From Chara braunii (lineage: Eukaryota > Plantae > Charophyceae), in contig BFEA01000021.1 in NCBI GenBank assembly GCA_003427395.1, positions 4,506,964 to 4,570,963 of the forward strand: a DNA stretch of 64,000 nt, read 5' to 3'. Positions 1 to 13,759 of the stretch are shown here, in pieces; position 1 is the first letter of the stretch, and each line of letters starts with the position of its first letter. A model generated the notes under the pieces. The model had not been told where the DNA came from. It worked only from the letters and a program-made list of their open reading frames with translations, and searched no databases. A program made the translations under genes and the position numbers.

Positions 1-823
1 TTCTGTCGCCAATTAACTGCTGGCTCCTCTGGTGGGAGTTGACCTGCTGTGTGAAGCCACCACCTGTCGGTTTTGGAGCCCCAATTGACTTTCATGTCGG
101 CCGCAATCGAGAAGAGGTGAATAGTTTCAGCTAGCGCTCTCATGCTCGCGGGGGAGGCTTTGATAAGGACAGTAAGGTCGTCGGCAAAGAGAGAGGTTAC
201 TGGTATCTTATGCACTGCGATTTCTGGTATGGCGATGCGTTCGATAATTGGATTTGCTCTTATTAAGGAAGTCAGCGCCTCCATAACGATGACGAAGAGC
301 AGGGGGGCTATCGGGTCCCCTTGCCTTACCGATTTGTGCAGGGGGAAGGGGGGGGGACAAATGACCATTCAACATTATGTTGGTGGATGAGGAGTCGTGT
401 AGGGTGGTCACCCACTGGCGGAAATGCGGGCCGAAGTTCAGTTCATTCTAGCCAGGCATAAGTCAACGACGTTCCAGTCTATATGATCATAGGCCTTCTC
501 GAAGTCTATAAAAAATATAGTTGCATCTACCCCTCTTTGGCGTGCATACTTAATTGTCTCGTTGACCAGAAGGACATTATCTTAAATGTTTATGTGGGGC
601 ATAAAGCCCGTCTGGTCCATGTGTATGAGATGTTGCATGTGATGTAGCAGTCTGTTGCACAAGGTTTTAGCCACCATTTTATAGGGGAGAGGTAGGAGGG
701 TGATCGGTCTGAAATTCCAAATTTCAGCTCGGTCCCCCTTTTTGTATAGCAAGGTGGTGACTCTTTGACTCATCAGATCCCCGAATCTACCCTCGTGCTG
801 GACTGCGTGTATGTATGCCATAA
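1..823 (-). mobile_element. LINE family A, ORF2 reverse transcriptase fragment (degenerate, runs off window start)
   Basis: Translation gives TTLLYKKGD..NFRPITLL, DQTGF, IDFEKAYDHIDW, RQGDP and SLFADD; stops and frameshifts present. Confidence 0.93.
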
Positions 824-824
824 G

Positions 825-900
825 TTTTTTTTTTTTTTTTTTTTTTTTTTTAATCCGGAGTTACCGAGCCGAACTTGTTGAGAACCGGGCTCGGCGTCCC
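825..900 (-). other. Poly(A)-tailed short 3' end carrying a variant of pseudoknot PK1
   Basis: Poly-T 825-851; minus strand reads GGG-AC-GCCGAG-CCC-GGTT-CTCAAC. Confidence 0.55.
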
Positions 901-904
901 TCAT

Positions 905-942
<38 letters not shown>

Positions 943-952
943 AATGATGATG
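905..952. repeat. (ATG)n microsatellite, resuming at ~1374-1400
   Basis: Direct read. Confidence 0.95.
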
Positions 953-994
953 AACTCCTGCCGATTCTATGTGAAATGTGAGATAATCATACTA

Positions 995-1368
995 ATCTGT
1001 GTAGCACACCGAACATGCTCGGAGATTTTTCCGAACGTCCAATCATGTTCGGGTGTTCGGCCGAACGCCACCCGAACGTGTTCGGCCGAACATAATTAAA
1101 ATTAAAAAAAATAAACAAAAATAAAATAAAATTGGTTTTTTATTCTTAACTCGAGTTTGTTTATGAATTTGACCATACCTCCAAGGCAAAAGTTGCTTGT
1201 ATTAGTATTTTACATCACATATATTTGTTTCAGATTTTTTGGAAAACTTTTTTTTTTTTTTTTTATAAATATTTTTACGTTTGCGTTCAGAAAGTTTCGA
1301 CGCTCGTTCGCGTTCGGTCCCGAACGTTCGGGTTCGGTCACCGAACCCAAGCACGATGCTACACAGAT
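995..1368. mobile_element. MITE with 12-bp TIRs and CCGAAC/GTTCGG subterminal repeats
   Basis: ATCTGTGTAGCA (995-1006) / TGCTACACAGAT (1357-1368); ACTA on both flanks; AT-rich core. Confidence 0.8.
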
Positions 1369-1555
1369 ACTAGTGATGATGATGCTAATGATGGTGATGA
1401 TTAGTGTATACAAAAAATATACAAGACTATGCTATATTAGCAATTTTGGTCTCCTAATTCTAGAACAACTCCTAGCCCTCCCTGTACCAGGACATTGCAA
1501 CTCAGAGACAATACCAACCTAACCAACGTCAACCATAGCCGACCTCTTCTCGCCA

Positions 1556-2175
1556 CCTAGACTATCCCCGGCCCCAAAGGTTGTCAAGGCAACCCCCCCC
1601 AGTTCGTCACTGGATTGCCTTCCTCCCTCAGCAAACCGCAGATCTCTCTACAAGGCCTCACACTCCTGCCATTTGCAGGTTACAGGGCAACACCCCAGCT
1701 CCGGCCAGCGTCGTTCTAGCATCGGCAAACTAGGGGCACAAAACAAAGCAACTCTGTAAATATCAGTCCAGGTTCGACCATCTCTGAAATCCTATATCCC
1801 GAATGAGGAAGAAGGTCATATATGCTGCCAAAAATTTCAGAATACCAGAAAGCTTAATATAACATGATTGAAAACTATGGGATTCTCTACTCCTTTTTTT
1901 CATAGCAAACATTGTCATCCCTTATACCAAACACACAACCCAGAGACAATACTTTCCTAACCAATGCCATACACAACTGATGTGATCTTGCCACCAAGAC
2001 TATACCCGACCCTTTAGGTTGTCAAGGCTGACCCCCCCCAGTTCACCACTGGATTGCCTTCCTCCCTCGACTAATCCCTAGATCTCTCTGCCAGGCCTCA
2101 TGCTCCTGCCACCAACAGGTCACAGGGCTAACGCCCCAACACCGGCCAGCGTCGTTCTAGCATCGGCAAACCAAG
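1556..2175. repeat. Two ~180-bp direct repeats (1556-1735, 1997-2175); third copy at ~60680-60810
   Basis: Shared cactggattgccttcctccctc...ccggccagcgtcgttctagcatcggcaaac. Confidence 0.8.
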
Positions 2176-2989
2176 AGTCCGAAACACATTGGCTTTGCAG
2201 ACATCTGTCAAGATTCTACCATTTCTAAAACCGTGTATTTTATATAAAGGGAAAACCAGATATCACCTAGGATTAAATTAGGAGACAGATAGGCTGACAC
2301 AACAGGATCAGTAAAGTACTACGCAAATCCTGGATCTTTAAAGACAACCGTCTGTCTCCCGGGGTGTGCGTAGCACTAATTGAAGACTAATTGAAGACTA
2401 ATGAGCATGTTATTAAATAGAACATTGAAAGTCTCCTCCCCTCCCCCCCCTTCTCATTTCCACCCTATCCCCTCGTTGCCTCCGCTGAAAAACAGTCCCA
2501 ATAAATAGGCCCTGCTTTTCGGCCCCAACTTGGAACAACCCCTCTCTCACTCTCTATGTCGCAAGAGACATTCTGTTCCCATCCAAAGAAAGCCTCTGCA
2601 TACCCCGTACCCTAATCTGCCCCCGCTAAGGCTGGATGTCTCATCTCACATTTACACCAACCCCAGAATAGAGTATCCCACATAATCTGCTCATACCCTC
2701 TTCAGGGCGTCCATTTCCCTCCTTGTGAAACCCCTGCAGAGCTCGACTCCCCCCCTCTATAATGTCATCCAACCCATTCCAAAAGCTCATTGAATAGACA
2801 GCCAGGAGAGAAATGGAACTTCCATAGGAAAAACATACACGCATAAATTTGATGTCCAGACTTTTCATGAGTACAAAATAAAATTAAAATTATGAAAAAT
2901 ACCTTATAAAATCGCAGAGAAGTAAGCGCCTGTTACACTGTAACGAATTAAAATTTGAGGAAATCAAAGATGAAAGATGAAGGAATGAT

Positions 2990-4120
2990 TAATTAGTATC
3001 TGCACTAGACCTAATGGTGTGTGCATAGCCACCTCGGGTATGGATCCGACGTCTCCGATGGTGACCGCGTTCGTTCTTTGAAGATCTTGGATCCATCTAA
3101 GCTTGTTGCTACCTCCCTTCCGAATAAAAAACCACCTATTCGCATAGGCACTCTCGCATGGCTCGGCCACGAACGTCCTGATTTTCTCTTTAATGAACGC
3201 GACTATTTCCTCCTTCTCCTTCTGTGTGTACTTCCACGGGGGTCTATCTTTCCATGACACATGAGGGACGGTGTGAATTCTTGCGGGCTTGGCATACCTT
3301 GGGTCTATCCTCCCCCGCTCCGAGTCATTGAAGGCTATAGCCTTGTCGCAGCCCCTTAAGATAGTTATCACGTGCTCCTTCTCTCGCTCCGTGAGGTTTC
3401 CGTTCCCTATGTCCATCCTCTCCACCCGTTCGGCAATGATTCTCTGCCCCTCCTTCTCCTTTCGCTTCCTGACGATCTCGGCTATTTTTTCCTCGGAAAT
3501 CGTGGCTTCTCCTGTTCTGTCCCGGCTGACCGCAACGGGTTTTACTTTCTCTGCCACGGTTTTATGTTTTCTACCTCCGCCGGCTAGAGGGATTCCTCCA
3601 AAAAAGACAACTTAATACATCCCCCAAACTCCTCCTCCTCGCATTCCTTCTCGTATCCTACTCCGTTGATCACAATTCGATCCCCGATCTCTTCGACTTC
3701 CACTTTGTCCTCTGGGGACATTCTTTCGGAAAAAAGGGGTCTTATCCAGGCGGACTTGGCACATCCTAGATCGACCACCACCTTTCTTCGGGATGCTAGT
3801 CCGGTTACGCTCATCTTGAGCATCCACAGTCCTAAGAACCACACACATTCCGTCAGGGGATTGAATGGAGAGTGTTTGACTACCATCTGGAAGATCAACC
3901 GTAGTAGCGTGCACCGCGCTTAGCCATGTTCGCCCAAGTGTTAGCTCTGACGAGCATTCCTTCACGGAAAAGATTGGCACGCTAACTTCTACCCCTGCGA
4001 CTTCGATCGCCGGCTTATGGCAGACCCCTTCGGCCGACTGCAACTTGTTGTCGGCTACGACCATGGACATGACAATCTCCTTATCTATCTCTAGGCCCAA
4101 CTCTCTGGCGATCGAGTTCC
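2990..4120 (-). mobile_element. Ty3/Gypsy pol fragment (aspartic protease C-half and RT N-terminus)
   Basis: ELTLGRTWL protease end; PCESAYANRWFFIRKG..KLRWIQDLQRTNAVT RT motif. Confidence 0.88.
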
Positions 4121-4121
4121 G

Positions 4122-5815
4122 ACATCTAGGCCCGGAGTCGTCTCATCCTCCATTGCAGACAAGGCTGAGTGAATTTCTTGCGCTGACAGGGGCTCTTCTA
4201 GTATTTGCCTCTGCTATTGGGACAATAGGGCTGTGAGGTTATTCAAGAGAGCTGCCCTGGCTTGCTGCAGTGCGTCCTCGCCCCATCTGACATTCTCAGA
4301 GGCAAAGAGATTTCGGTAGTATATTGTCGAGTAGTCCACTATGGAGTAAGAGTTCGAAGCGTCCGACTGCCTTGAGTCGAAGGGGTGCTGTAAGGAGGGC
4401 ACCACGTTTTGTCTGGCTCGACTTTTGGCATGTCTAAAAAATGATTTGGCCATGGTTCCTCCTGTGGTCCCTCATTTGACCCTAGCATGGATGCGCCATG
4501 CTTTCGATTGCCGATTCAGATATGCTTGGAGGCGGTCCCTCACTTCTTGTAGTTGGTTAAACGTGATGGTGTCCAGGGGATGATCATTCATTTGCGCATC
4601 CCATTGCTCTAGTGTATGCAATAGTTTTTCCTGAACTTATTTTCGGTCTTTGGCATGCTTGATAGAGAACTTTTTGATTCGTTATCTCAGATTTGCGACT
4701 CCCTTGTTGAATCAGTCCACTGTTGAGGGGTATTTGTGTTTTCCGGTAGACCAGTAGTGTCAAAACTGCTCCACCAACTCCTGTAGTTTAGGCTATTTGA
4801 GCAACAAGGTGTTAAACTTGTAGAAGCCCGGACCTCGCGTAACGTGATTATGGAACGACAAGCCCAAGACAATTCCTCCATGATCGAAGGATCTGCAGGG
4901 ACTGAGGGTTTTAATTTTCGCGATTGTGGTCAAACCTGTCAGTATTTGTGATATTAGAAAAAAGTCAATCCTTGAGTTGGACATGCCTGCCTCTCCCCTC
5001 GATCTCAGGCAGGTGTATGATCGCTTGGAGGGGTGCAGTTGTCGGTATATGTCTCATAGTTGCAGATCTTCAATCATTTGGTGGAGCCTGAAGATGTTTG
5101 TTGTCATATCACCCCTTTGAGACGAGGAAGATGATTGTCTATCTAAGCACGGGTCGCGGGTTATATTAAAATCCCCCGCTATGATTAGTAGGGTATCTGT
5201 GGGCAGTGCCTGGTGGAAAGATTCCAAAAAATGTAGTCGGCCGTGTACATCATTAGGGCCGTAGGCACTTACCAAGCAGATTGTCTCTCCCCCAATAGTC
5301 GCTTTGAGGTATACCCATCGACCATCCTGCCTGTCATAATCATATTGCACAGGTTTCAAGCGAGATGACGGGGACAACCAGATGGCCACCCCCGTCGAGG
5401 CGCGAGCTGTAAAGGGTGCTGAGTATGCCGTATGTTGCCATATTTCTTTCCTTCTGGCTTTGTGTGCTGGCGGCATAGAGTGTGTTTCCTGTACGCAGAT
5501 CGCATCAGGCCATTCAGCGTTTGGGTCTTTGATTTCGTTCCAAATGGCGGTCCTTTTCTGTTGGTTGGCAGACATCAAGCCGTTGACGTTAATTGAGCGA
5601 GTGTGGAGGTCAGCTTGGGCCAGTTTTTTTGACGAAGGTGGGGGCCTGCGGAGGGGGGGGAGAACGATTGGCGGTGGTGGGGTGGGTATCTCGCTGGAGA
5701 GGGGCGGGGGGGGGGGGGGGCGGAATGATGCTAGTTGCAAGGTGTGGGGGGGTTGTGTTTGTGGGCAGACCTCAACCGAGGGCGTGCGAGTAGTACTCGG
5801 GTCGGTGTCTCCCAT
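4122..5815 (-). pseudogene. LINE family A ORF2 N-terminus: APE endonuclease and linker up to the PGLD motif
   Basis: SINVNGL, ICVQETH, SAYGPN, AGDFN, SRIDFFL, SFDH, FYKFN, TTPGLD; continues as the 1-823 RT fragment beyond intervening insertions. Confidence 0.92.
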
Positions 5816-6914
5816 GGTGGGTACGACTTGTGTCCGGGGAGTATGCAGGCCGGTCCACCTAACAGCCGGTGATACACTGGGGATTGTCCCATTTGCTGTT
5901 TGCATCCACGACTGAGTTTTCCAGTATTGCTTGCATAAATGTGAGGATCTGCGAGCGACGCCAGGCAAAGTTCGGCAAAAGGCTTGTTGAGGATATCTCA
6001 GCTAGCTGGTCATGTGAAAACCAGAGGAGAGATGTCTCTGCTGCAACTGTTGTCTCGTTTGTTTGTTTGAAATCAAATAGTGCCACTGCTATTGTGATCC
6101 CCGGCGGGAAAAGGTGGTTTGTGTCCAGGGTGATCCCTTGGGCACCTTTGTCCCGATTCTCCTTGATGAGGAGCTTTGCTAGCCTGGTCGTCTCTGGAAC
6201 CCCGTAGGTTCCCCGCCAACCTTCAAGTTTTAGCCCCACCAACCTTTCATTTGCCAGGCTGTAGTTTGCCAACGGGCCCCTAGTGCGGAGTCCCAGTTGC
6301 CACTTACATGCGTGGGGCTCTCTCCTCATTGGGAGGATGAGAAGTCCCAGTACCGTGTTGTAGGATTGAGTTGTTCGCCGTGCAGCAGGTGGGCGTATGA
6401 GATCCTTTAGTACTCCCCTGGTGATCATTTTCTGACCGCTGTGTGCCTCCTCTTCTCCAAGTGTGAGTGTGAGTAGGGGAGTCTGTGGAAGGAGGAGATC
6501 TTGTGAGTCATTAGAATCCTCCTCGTCCTCCTGTTCTTGAGATGTTGCTTGTGACAAGTCAGAAATAAAGTCCGATGTGGTCTCCTGTATCAGATCAATC
6601 ACCGTGCTTGATATGGCCTGGTAGGCAGTTTCGTTGTCAGAGGACTGAGGGTGGGTCGGTGCTATGTGGAGGACTGGCGTCAACAGTTGTGATGGAAACA
6701 GTTCCTCTAGTGGAGCCGTGATGGTAGACAGTACTCCGTGAGGGGCCAGTGTATGTAAGACCCTGACCATCTCTTTCACCACCACTGGGGGCTAGTGTTG
6801 GTCATCAAAGGAAAGTGTGCAATTTGTCTCATGCATCAAGGAGACCACGAAATCTATTTTTGGCTGTGTAGGGCTCGCCATAGACCTCACTCTGCCGATC
6901 ATTTGTTGAATGGT

Positions 6915-7240
6915 CAGTGTTGCTATATTCTCAGCAGTAGCTTGAGCAACATAATTGGTTGAACGACGAGATCCTTTAAATCCCACTGAACCAGAAGAGG
7001 CTTAAAATTTGGTATCTCCAAAAAAATATGTTATGGTAATTATAGTGTTACTTAAAGTTGATTGAATATAAGCAATACCGTGTTTTGTTTGCATGGCGTT
7101 TTTTATGTTATTTGACTTTGCAAGTATGATAAGATGCATAACGATGACCCAAAAAAAAACGGCAACTCTGGGTCTTTGCATGCTTTCTTTCATCTGTTTT
7201 GCGTTTTTGTTTGGGTTTCCCACTCAAGCTCCAGTCTCCC
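6915..7240. mobile_element. AT-rich ~330-bp insertion in ORF1 (probable MITE fragment)
   Basis: Abrupt compositional shift that breaks the ORF1 frame; termini not resolved. Confidence 0.45.
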
Positions 7241-9509
7241 ACTTCGTGGCCGAAAGTCCATTAGTATGTGTTCGTTGGGCCTTATGGCGACACGATAACA
7301 ACCATAACTTTCCCCACCATCTTCCAATCCACCTCACTTGGCGATGCATAGGCCGTGACTGATGCTCTGACCTGTTTGTCCTTCATGATTGTCCGCCTGA
7401 TCTTCTCCCAGTGCAGTGGATGTATTTTATCATGGATCGAGCCGGACGCGGGGGAGAGGACCTTTAGGAGGACCCAGTCAACCATGTCTTTCAATTTTTT
7501 TTGTATTTTTTTGTTGGCCCAGACTGGGTGTGTTTTTGGCATCGGGTGGCCTTTGCCCTTTGCTGCCCTGCGGGTGTTGTCTTCCTCTCTAGTCAGTTCA
7601 TGTGTTGAGAGTGGTTCCGACTGGATCGTTGCTCCCTCTCTTTCCGTCCGGGGAGGACAGGGGACTTCATTTGCCAGGGTTATGTCCCCTTGCTCGCCTA
7701 TCTCCTCCTGCAGTTCCCTTTGCCTGTTGGCCTGCTTGTCGTTGTCATCCTCTGACTGAATGATGATATCTCCTTGGTGGTCTATCCTTAAGCTTGACAA
7801 TTCCGAAGGAGTGAACTGAGGAGGAGGAGGTGGGGGCTGTGGGTCGGGATGAGGGCTGGCCTGTTCCCCCTGGGAGATTTGAAACTGGATGGTCGCCAAC
7901 TGCTGCTGCTGAACGTATTGTCGATGCTGGTGGTGGTAGGCCCGAGTCGCTGCTTGTGGTTGTTGCTGGGCTTGTTGCTGAACTGCAGTTTGCATCTCTT
8001 GATGGATACGTTGCTGTGTCTGTGCAATCACCCAAGCCTGCCTTTGCGCCTCCTCTTGGATTTGCTGTCGGTGCAGTGATGTCGTTTGAGCTGGCTGTTG
8101 TGCTTGTTCTCATGCCACGGCCAGGGCCTAGAGCTGGTCTTGAGCTTAATCCGAGCTCAGCGACTGCTGTTGGGGGTCGGTATGGATCAGTGTTTGGCTG
8201 TATGGGTCCTCATTTGTTGTGTAGGATCAGATCGCCTTGATAATCCCATGTCGGTGATGGCGGGGGCGAGGTTTGAACTTTGAATCTCCTCCCACGCCAC
8301 TACTCGTGGTGAGGACAATTTTGTGCTGTCCTGAGCGATTTGAGGAGGCAGGAGGTCTTTGTCCATGGTGCGGAATTCGCCTGACATTTTACTTGTGGGG
8401 AGAGAAAGCTCGCTAGCGGGGACAAGGACCTATTGTTTCCCCTTGTGAGGTGGGAGTTCTTCCCTGGGAGGAGTATCTCCCGGGTCTGTGTAGGCAAGTG
8501 CGTGGCCCAGCTGACCAAGGTCCTGCGGTTGCATTTGGTCCCGTTTGATAGCCAGTTTCCTGTCTTGTGGATGGTGCTGTGGTGGAGTTGATTGTACCAA
8601 GGTTTCCTTGAGGCGCCCCAACCAATATTCCACATAACCTGCAACAACTTTAGCCGGAGCTCCCGTTATTGGTGATCCTGGGGTTTCCAACTGGCGGCTT
8701 GAGTGCGTTAGCATCATTGGTTGGGGACTGTTTCCCTCCTGGAGGTCTTCCCAACCATCAGGTGACGTGTAAGCAGACTTCCCCCCTTTTCCTTTGAAGT
8801 CCTGGGAGGCTTTGCTATCACTCTGTTGCAGGGTTTTCCCTTTTTGGGTCGCCTACTTACGCAGTCTGAGACGGGGGTCCATTGGTCGCTGTCTCGCTTT
8901 CTGCGCTGGCTGTCCCGAAAGTAAGGCCGGTTGTGATTGCTGGTTTGCAACTGCTGTTGATGCGTGCAGTTGTCGTTCATCGAGATTTGAAGATTTCAGT
9001 TCCCGGGGGGCAGGTGAGGCGGGGGGGNCTGGGNGTTGGGCACCAAGGGGAGGTCTGGAGTGCTGGGTCACTCCGGCCACCCATTGTGGTGGAGTGAGGC
9101 ATCCTTTTGATTGTTGCTCTATTTGCTGTTTTTTTGCTTTTTGCTCCCATTGCTGTTGGCCCCGAATCTCTTGCATTCTCTCCTGTCGCTTTGCTTTTTG
9201 TGTCCGTTTTGACAATATCAACGTAGGGAGGGTGGGTGCAGCCTTATGTGCGGCTGATGTGTCGTTGGGGGTCGACTGCTGGTATTGCTGCTCTGTCCCA
9301 TCGGGGGGCAGCTGAATTGTCAGGTGATAAGACGCCGACATTGCAGCTTGAGGTGGAGGGGGGCATTCTTTCTGTTGCTGCTGAGCTCGCGGCTCTCTTT
9401 GCATTTCGTGCTGTGTTTGTCAGTCACTTGTTATTCGTGGTAGCGGTGGTGTTGTGCCTGGTGAGACCTCACCCCGTTGTTGCGTCCGGGCCTCAAGCTG
9501 GCCTTTCTG

Positions 9510-9706
9510 CTGCAGACAGTGTTGATTGCTGTGTATGAGCTCAGTTGGAGGATGCTGCTTCTCCTGGACAATAACCGTTGTTGTTGTCCCAGTGCTTTGC
9601 TGCTGCGTTTGGGCCTGTAGCTGGTCTTTCTACTGCAGATAGTGTTGATTGCTGTGTGTGAGCTCAGTTGGAGGATGGATTTTCTCCTGGACGACAACAG
9701 CGGTTG
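9510..9706. repeat. Tandem duplication with 123-bp period inside ORF1
   Basis: ctgcaga(c/t)agtgttgattgctgtgt..gagctcagttggaggatg at 9510 and 9633. Confidence 0.85.
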
Positions 9707-10508
9707 TTATCTCAGTGATTTGAGAATGGTGTGAGTTGTCACCAGTTTTTCCATCATGTCACTTCGCAGGTTGTTTCCCCTTCAGTGTGGTTGCCTGCAT
9801 TGCCACTGTTTTTGCCTGTGATCGGGGCTCGGTTTCTCCGTTGGGGCCCTTAGTCACCAGTTTTTTGTGAGGCTTGTCCGCTTGGTTGGATTTGGGGAGT
9901 GACGTCTTGGGTGGATGCACCTGGGAGCTGGATGGCGTTACCTTTGGAGAACCCTCCCCTCTCCAAAACCAGTATCCCGGTTCCTGATTCTCCCCTTCGC
10001 GGAATAACCAACCGGCCAGTTTTGAGCCCTCTGCTTGCCACACACCTGGGAGTGTTTTATATGGTTTGACCAGGCCCTCCAGGGTCTTCCTTGTTGCCTT
10101 TGGATAGGTCTCATCCGTGCAGAGATGCCCCCTGACTTTGCAGGCATAACACCAGAGGTCCTGTGTGTGGCTGATGGGGACCACATATGTCTGACCTTGG
10201 TACGCGTATGTCCATTCTTCATTGAGGTGGAATGGTTTCTCCGGATCCCAGTCGAGAGCCACGAGCAGAGAGTCATCCCGTTTGGGCATAAACCGCAGAA
10301 GATCGTGCACGTAGCCTTTGACTGGCGCCAGTTCCTGTAAGTCGGCCAAGATAGCTCCTTGGACATTTAGCGGTGCGAATCTGAATTTCACCCAGAAGTT
10401 GTGTTTCATCATCAGCTCACGTCTGTCGTCCGCCGTCAAGGGAGTGGGGAAGACCATTGGCGAGCTTGGACATGTGTTGCTCTTAAAGAGAGATTCCGCA
10501 GAGAGTGT

Positions 10509-13500
10509 TTTTTGTTTGTTTGTTTGTTTGTTTGTTTTTTTTTGTTTTTTTTTTTTGTACAAGAAACAGCCCGAGTATGCCAGGGGCGCTGATAAGAGCA
10601 GACACCTCTAGCAAGCTCGGGGAGGCTCCATCTATTGGTGGGGAGCAACACCTGCTGGAAAACGGGTCCAGCGCCCCTATGAACAATCTGAAATCATATG
10701 AACATGCCACGTGTCCATCCTACTTGAGGGCGAGAAAAGCTTATGCACCGACATGCTGGCACGCAACGTTAGCCTAATGAGCAGCGTCAATTACCCTCAA
10801 CCGAGGGAACGGCTGCCCATCACCCTGTAAGATCATATCCCTACTCAGAAACCCCATCGTGTAGTCAAATCTTGCAGCACCATGAGGAGGGGAGGAGACA
10901 ATCCAAATAGGGAAGCTATCAGTAGAGACGCACACGTAGCAGAACCCCGGAACCCCCACTGCACCTCCTTGCCTGCCACGTGGCAAATCCTAGTATTTTT
11001 ACCACCGGGATATGACCCCCCGGGTAGCTTAGCAAACTCGAAATCATATAGGCTTGCCACGTGGCCACCCCTATTTAAACGCACAAATTTGTCCAAGCGG
11101 CAACGCAGGCACATATGTACAACCAGTGAACAACATTGATTACCCTCAATGAGGGGATTGACTGCCCACCCATGCACGAATTCATACCCTACCCAGAAAT
11201 ACTCATCAACAACCCAAAAAACATACATCGCGATGAGTAGAAGGGGCAATCCTCACTAAAAGCTAAAACCTAAAGGCCACGTGGCGGAACCCAAACGAGT
11301 CACACACAAAGAAATCCATAGCGCCGCTTCCCTCGGCACTTCCTGTCCTCGACACCTGACAAGAAACCGGACATCACGTTTGCAGGCCCTAATGACTCAT
11401 GCAGTGTTGGCCCGCGGCTAGAGCTGCCCTATTACCATGTGGCAACTAATCAGGTGCAGTAAGACAATCCAATATCTATCCCACCCCTTCGCACACCCAT
11501 CCCACCCCTAGCTCTCCCCCACACCCGTCCAATATGCTGAACGAGCCATTCAAACAGCCCTGTCGCCCTCCCCCTGGGTCATCAACATGATCACAAAGGA
11601 GAAAGGACACCAGGGCAGAGAAGGGGGAGGGGGAGAGAGCTGAAACCCCCACCATACTTACCACACTGTCGTTGTTGGTATTATTGATGTCGTTTTTGTT
11701 GCTGATGTTGTTGTAGTTTTTGTTGTTGTAGTCCGGCATGCACGAACTCACAATTTCCATACTTGTTCCAGTGTCATGCACAACAATCATGGTGTTGCCA
11801 GCGTCCACAATCTCTGTGTCGTGGTTGCTGTAGGTGTTGTTGCTGCTGATGTTGTTGTTGTTATTGTTGTTGTTGTTGTTGTTGTTGTTGTCATTATTGT
11901 CGCGCACGCCCAAGCTCACAATCCCCATGTTTGTACCACGGACCTGCACGAATTTATTGATGTCGTTGGCGTGTTTGTCAATAGCGAGGACGTCATCACC
12001 TCGAGTTTGGCCCTCCCGAATCTCGTCACAGCTGATGATGCTCGCGTCAGTATTATCTTCATCTTCCGTCCCAAAGTGCAAGTACCACTCCTCCTCCAGC
12101 GCTGCGTACACATCTTGCCCCTCCTCGAAGATGTCGTAACAACACCGCTTCAGAGTCTCCTCCTGTTGACCATGCATGAGACCATCCTCCTCCAACTCCC
12201 AGATGATCTGCATCATGTTCCTCATCACTTCCCGAAACGGCGGGTTTGATGAAGCTGCCCCCCCATCAGCCTCAAATTGAGCTCCCAATTGTGAGCGCAG
12301 TGCATCTACCATCACCTGTAAACGGCAACGAGCTGCTCGAATGGGTGAGATCCACTCGCCGACTCCTCGCTGCTTGTCTCCCATTGAAGCCATCTGCAAG
12401 TAAGAACCGCCACGAAATCCGCGCCAACGAACTCCCACGCTCCCCTGCCAATCCCACTTCTAACGGGGCTGCCACGTCAGCGTCACCGTGAACGTGGGGC
12501 AAGACACGTGGCTCAAGCTACCCCCGTCAGCCCACGCGGGCGCCCGATCGCGTGGAGGGCAGCCGGGCCCTTCCGGCTGCGACCACGTGGAGTGTTAGCG
12601 CTCCCTAGCGCTAATTTTAGCGGTCCACCTGTTAGTCGACTATTGTGCTACAACCAGGGCCGGGCTCAGCACCTCTAGCTTCACCTNAGATCATATCCCT
12701 ACTCAGAAACCCCATCGTGTAGTCAAATCTTGCAGCACCATGAGGAGGGGAGGAGACAATCCAAATAGGGAAGCTATCAGTAAAGACGCACACATAGCAG
12801 AACCCCGGAACCCCCACTGCACCTCCTTGCCTGCCACGTGGCGAATCCTAGTATTTTTACCACCGGGATATGACCCCCCCGGTAGCTTAGCAAGCTCGAA
12901 ATCATATAGGCATGCCACGTGGCCACCCCGATTTAAACGCACAAATTCGTCCAAGCGGCAACGCAGACACATATGTATAACCATTGAACATCATTGATTA
13001 CCCTCAATGAGGGGATTGACTGCCCACCCATGCATGAATTCATACCCTACCCAGAAATACTCATCAACAACCCAAACCATACATCGCCATGAGTAGAAGG
13101 GGCAATCTGAGCAGGCCTCACTAAAAGCTAAAACCTAAAGGCCACGTGGCGGAACCCAAACGAGTCACACATAAAGAAATCCATAGCGCCGCTTCCCTCG
13201 GCACTTCCTGTCCTCGCCACCTGACAAGAAACCGGACATCACGTTTGCAGGCCCTAATGACTCATGCAGTGTTGGCCCACAGATAGAGCTGCCGTATTAC
13301 CATGTGGCAACTAATCAGATGCGGTAAGACAATCCAATATCTATCCCACCCCTTCGCGCACCCGTCCCACCCCTAGCTCTCCCCCACACCCGTCCAATAT
13401 GTTGAACGAGCCGTTCAAACAGCCCTGTCGCTCTCCCCCCGGGTCATCAACACGATCACAAAGGAAAAAGGACACCGGGGGAGAGATGGGGGAGGGGGAG

Positions 13501-13727
13501 AGAGCTGAAACCCTCACCATAGTTACCACACCGTCGTTGTTGGTATTATTGATGTCGTTTTTGTTGCTGCTGTTGTTGTAGTTTTTGTTGTTGTAGTCCG
13601 GCGTGCACGAACTCACAATTTCCATACTTGTTCCAGTGTCATGCACAACAATCATGGTGTTGCCTGCATCCACAATCTCTGTGTTGTGGTTGCTGTAGGT
13701 GTTGTTGCTGCTGATGTTGTTGTTGTT

Positions 13728-13759
<32 letters not shown>

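Noticed and set aside
10624-10677. 3' module as an HDV-like, pistol or twister ribozyme
   Set aside because: No P3/L3/P1.1 nesting or the other conserved cores on either strand
12520-12620. HDV-like ribozyme around TCCACG motifs
   Set aside because: P3 pairing fails and no P1 partner was found
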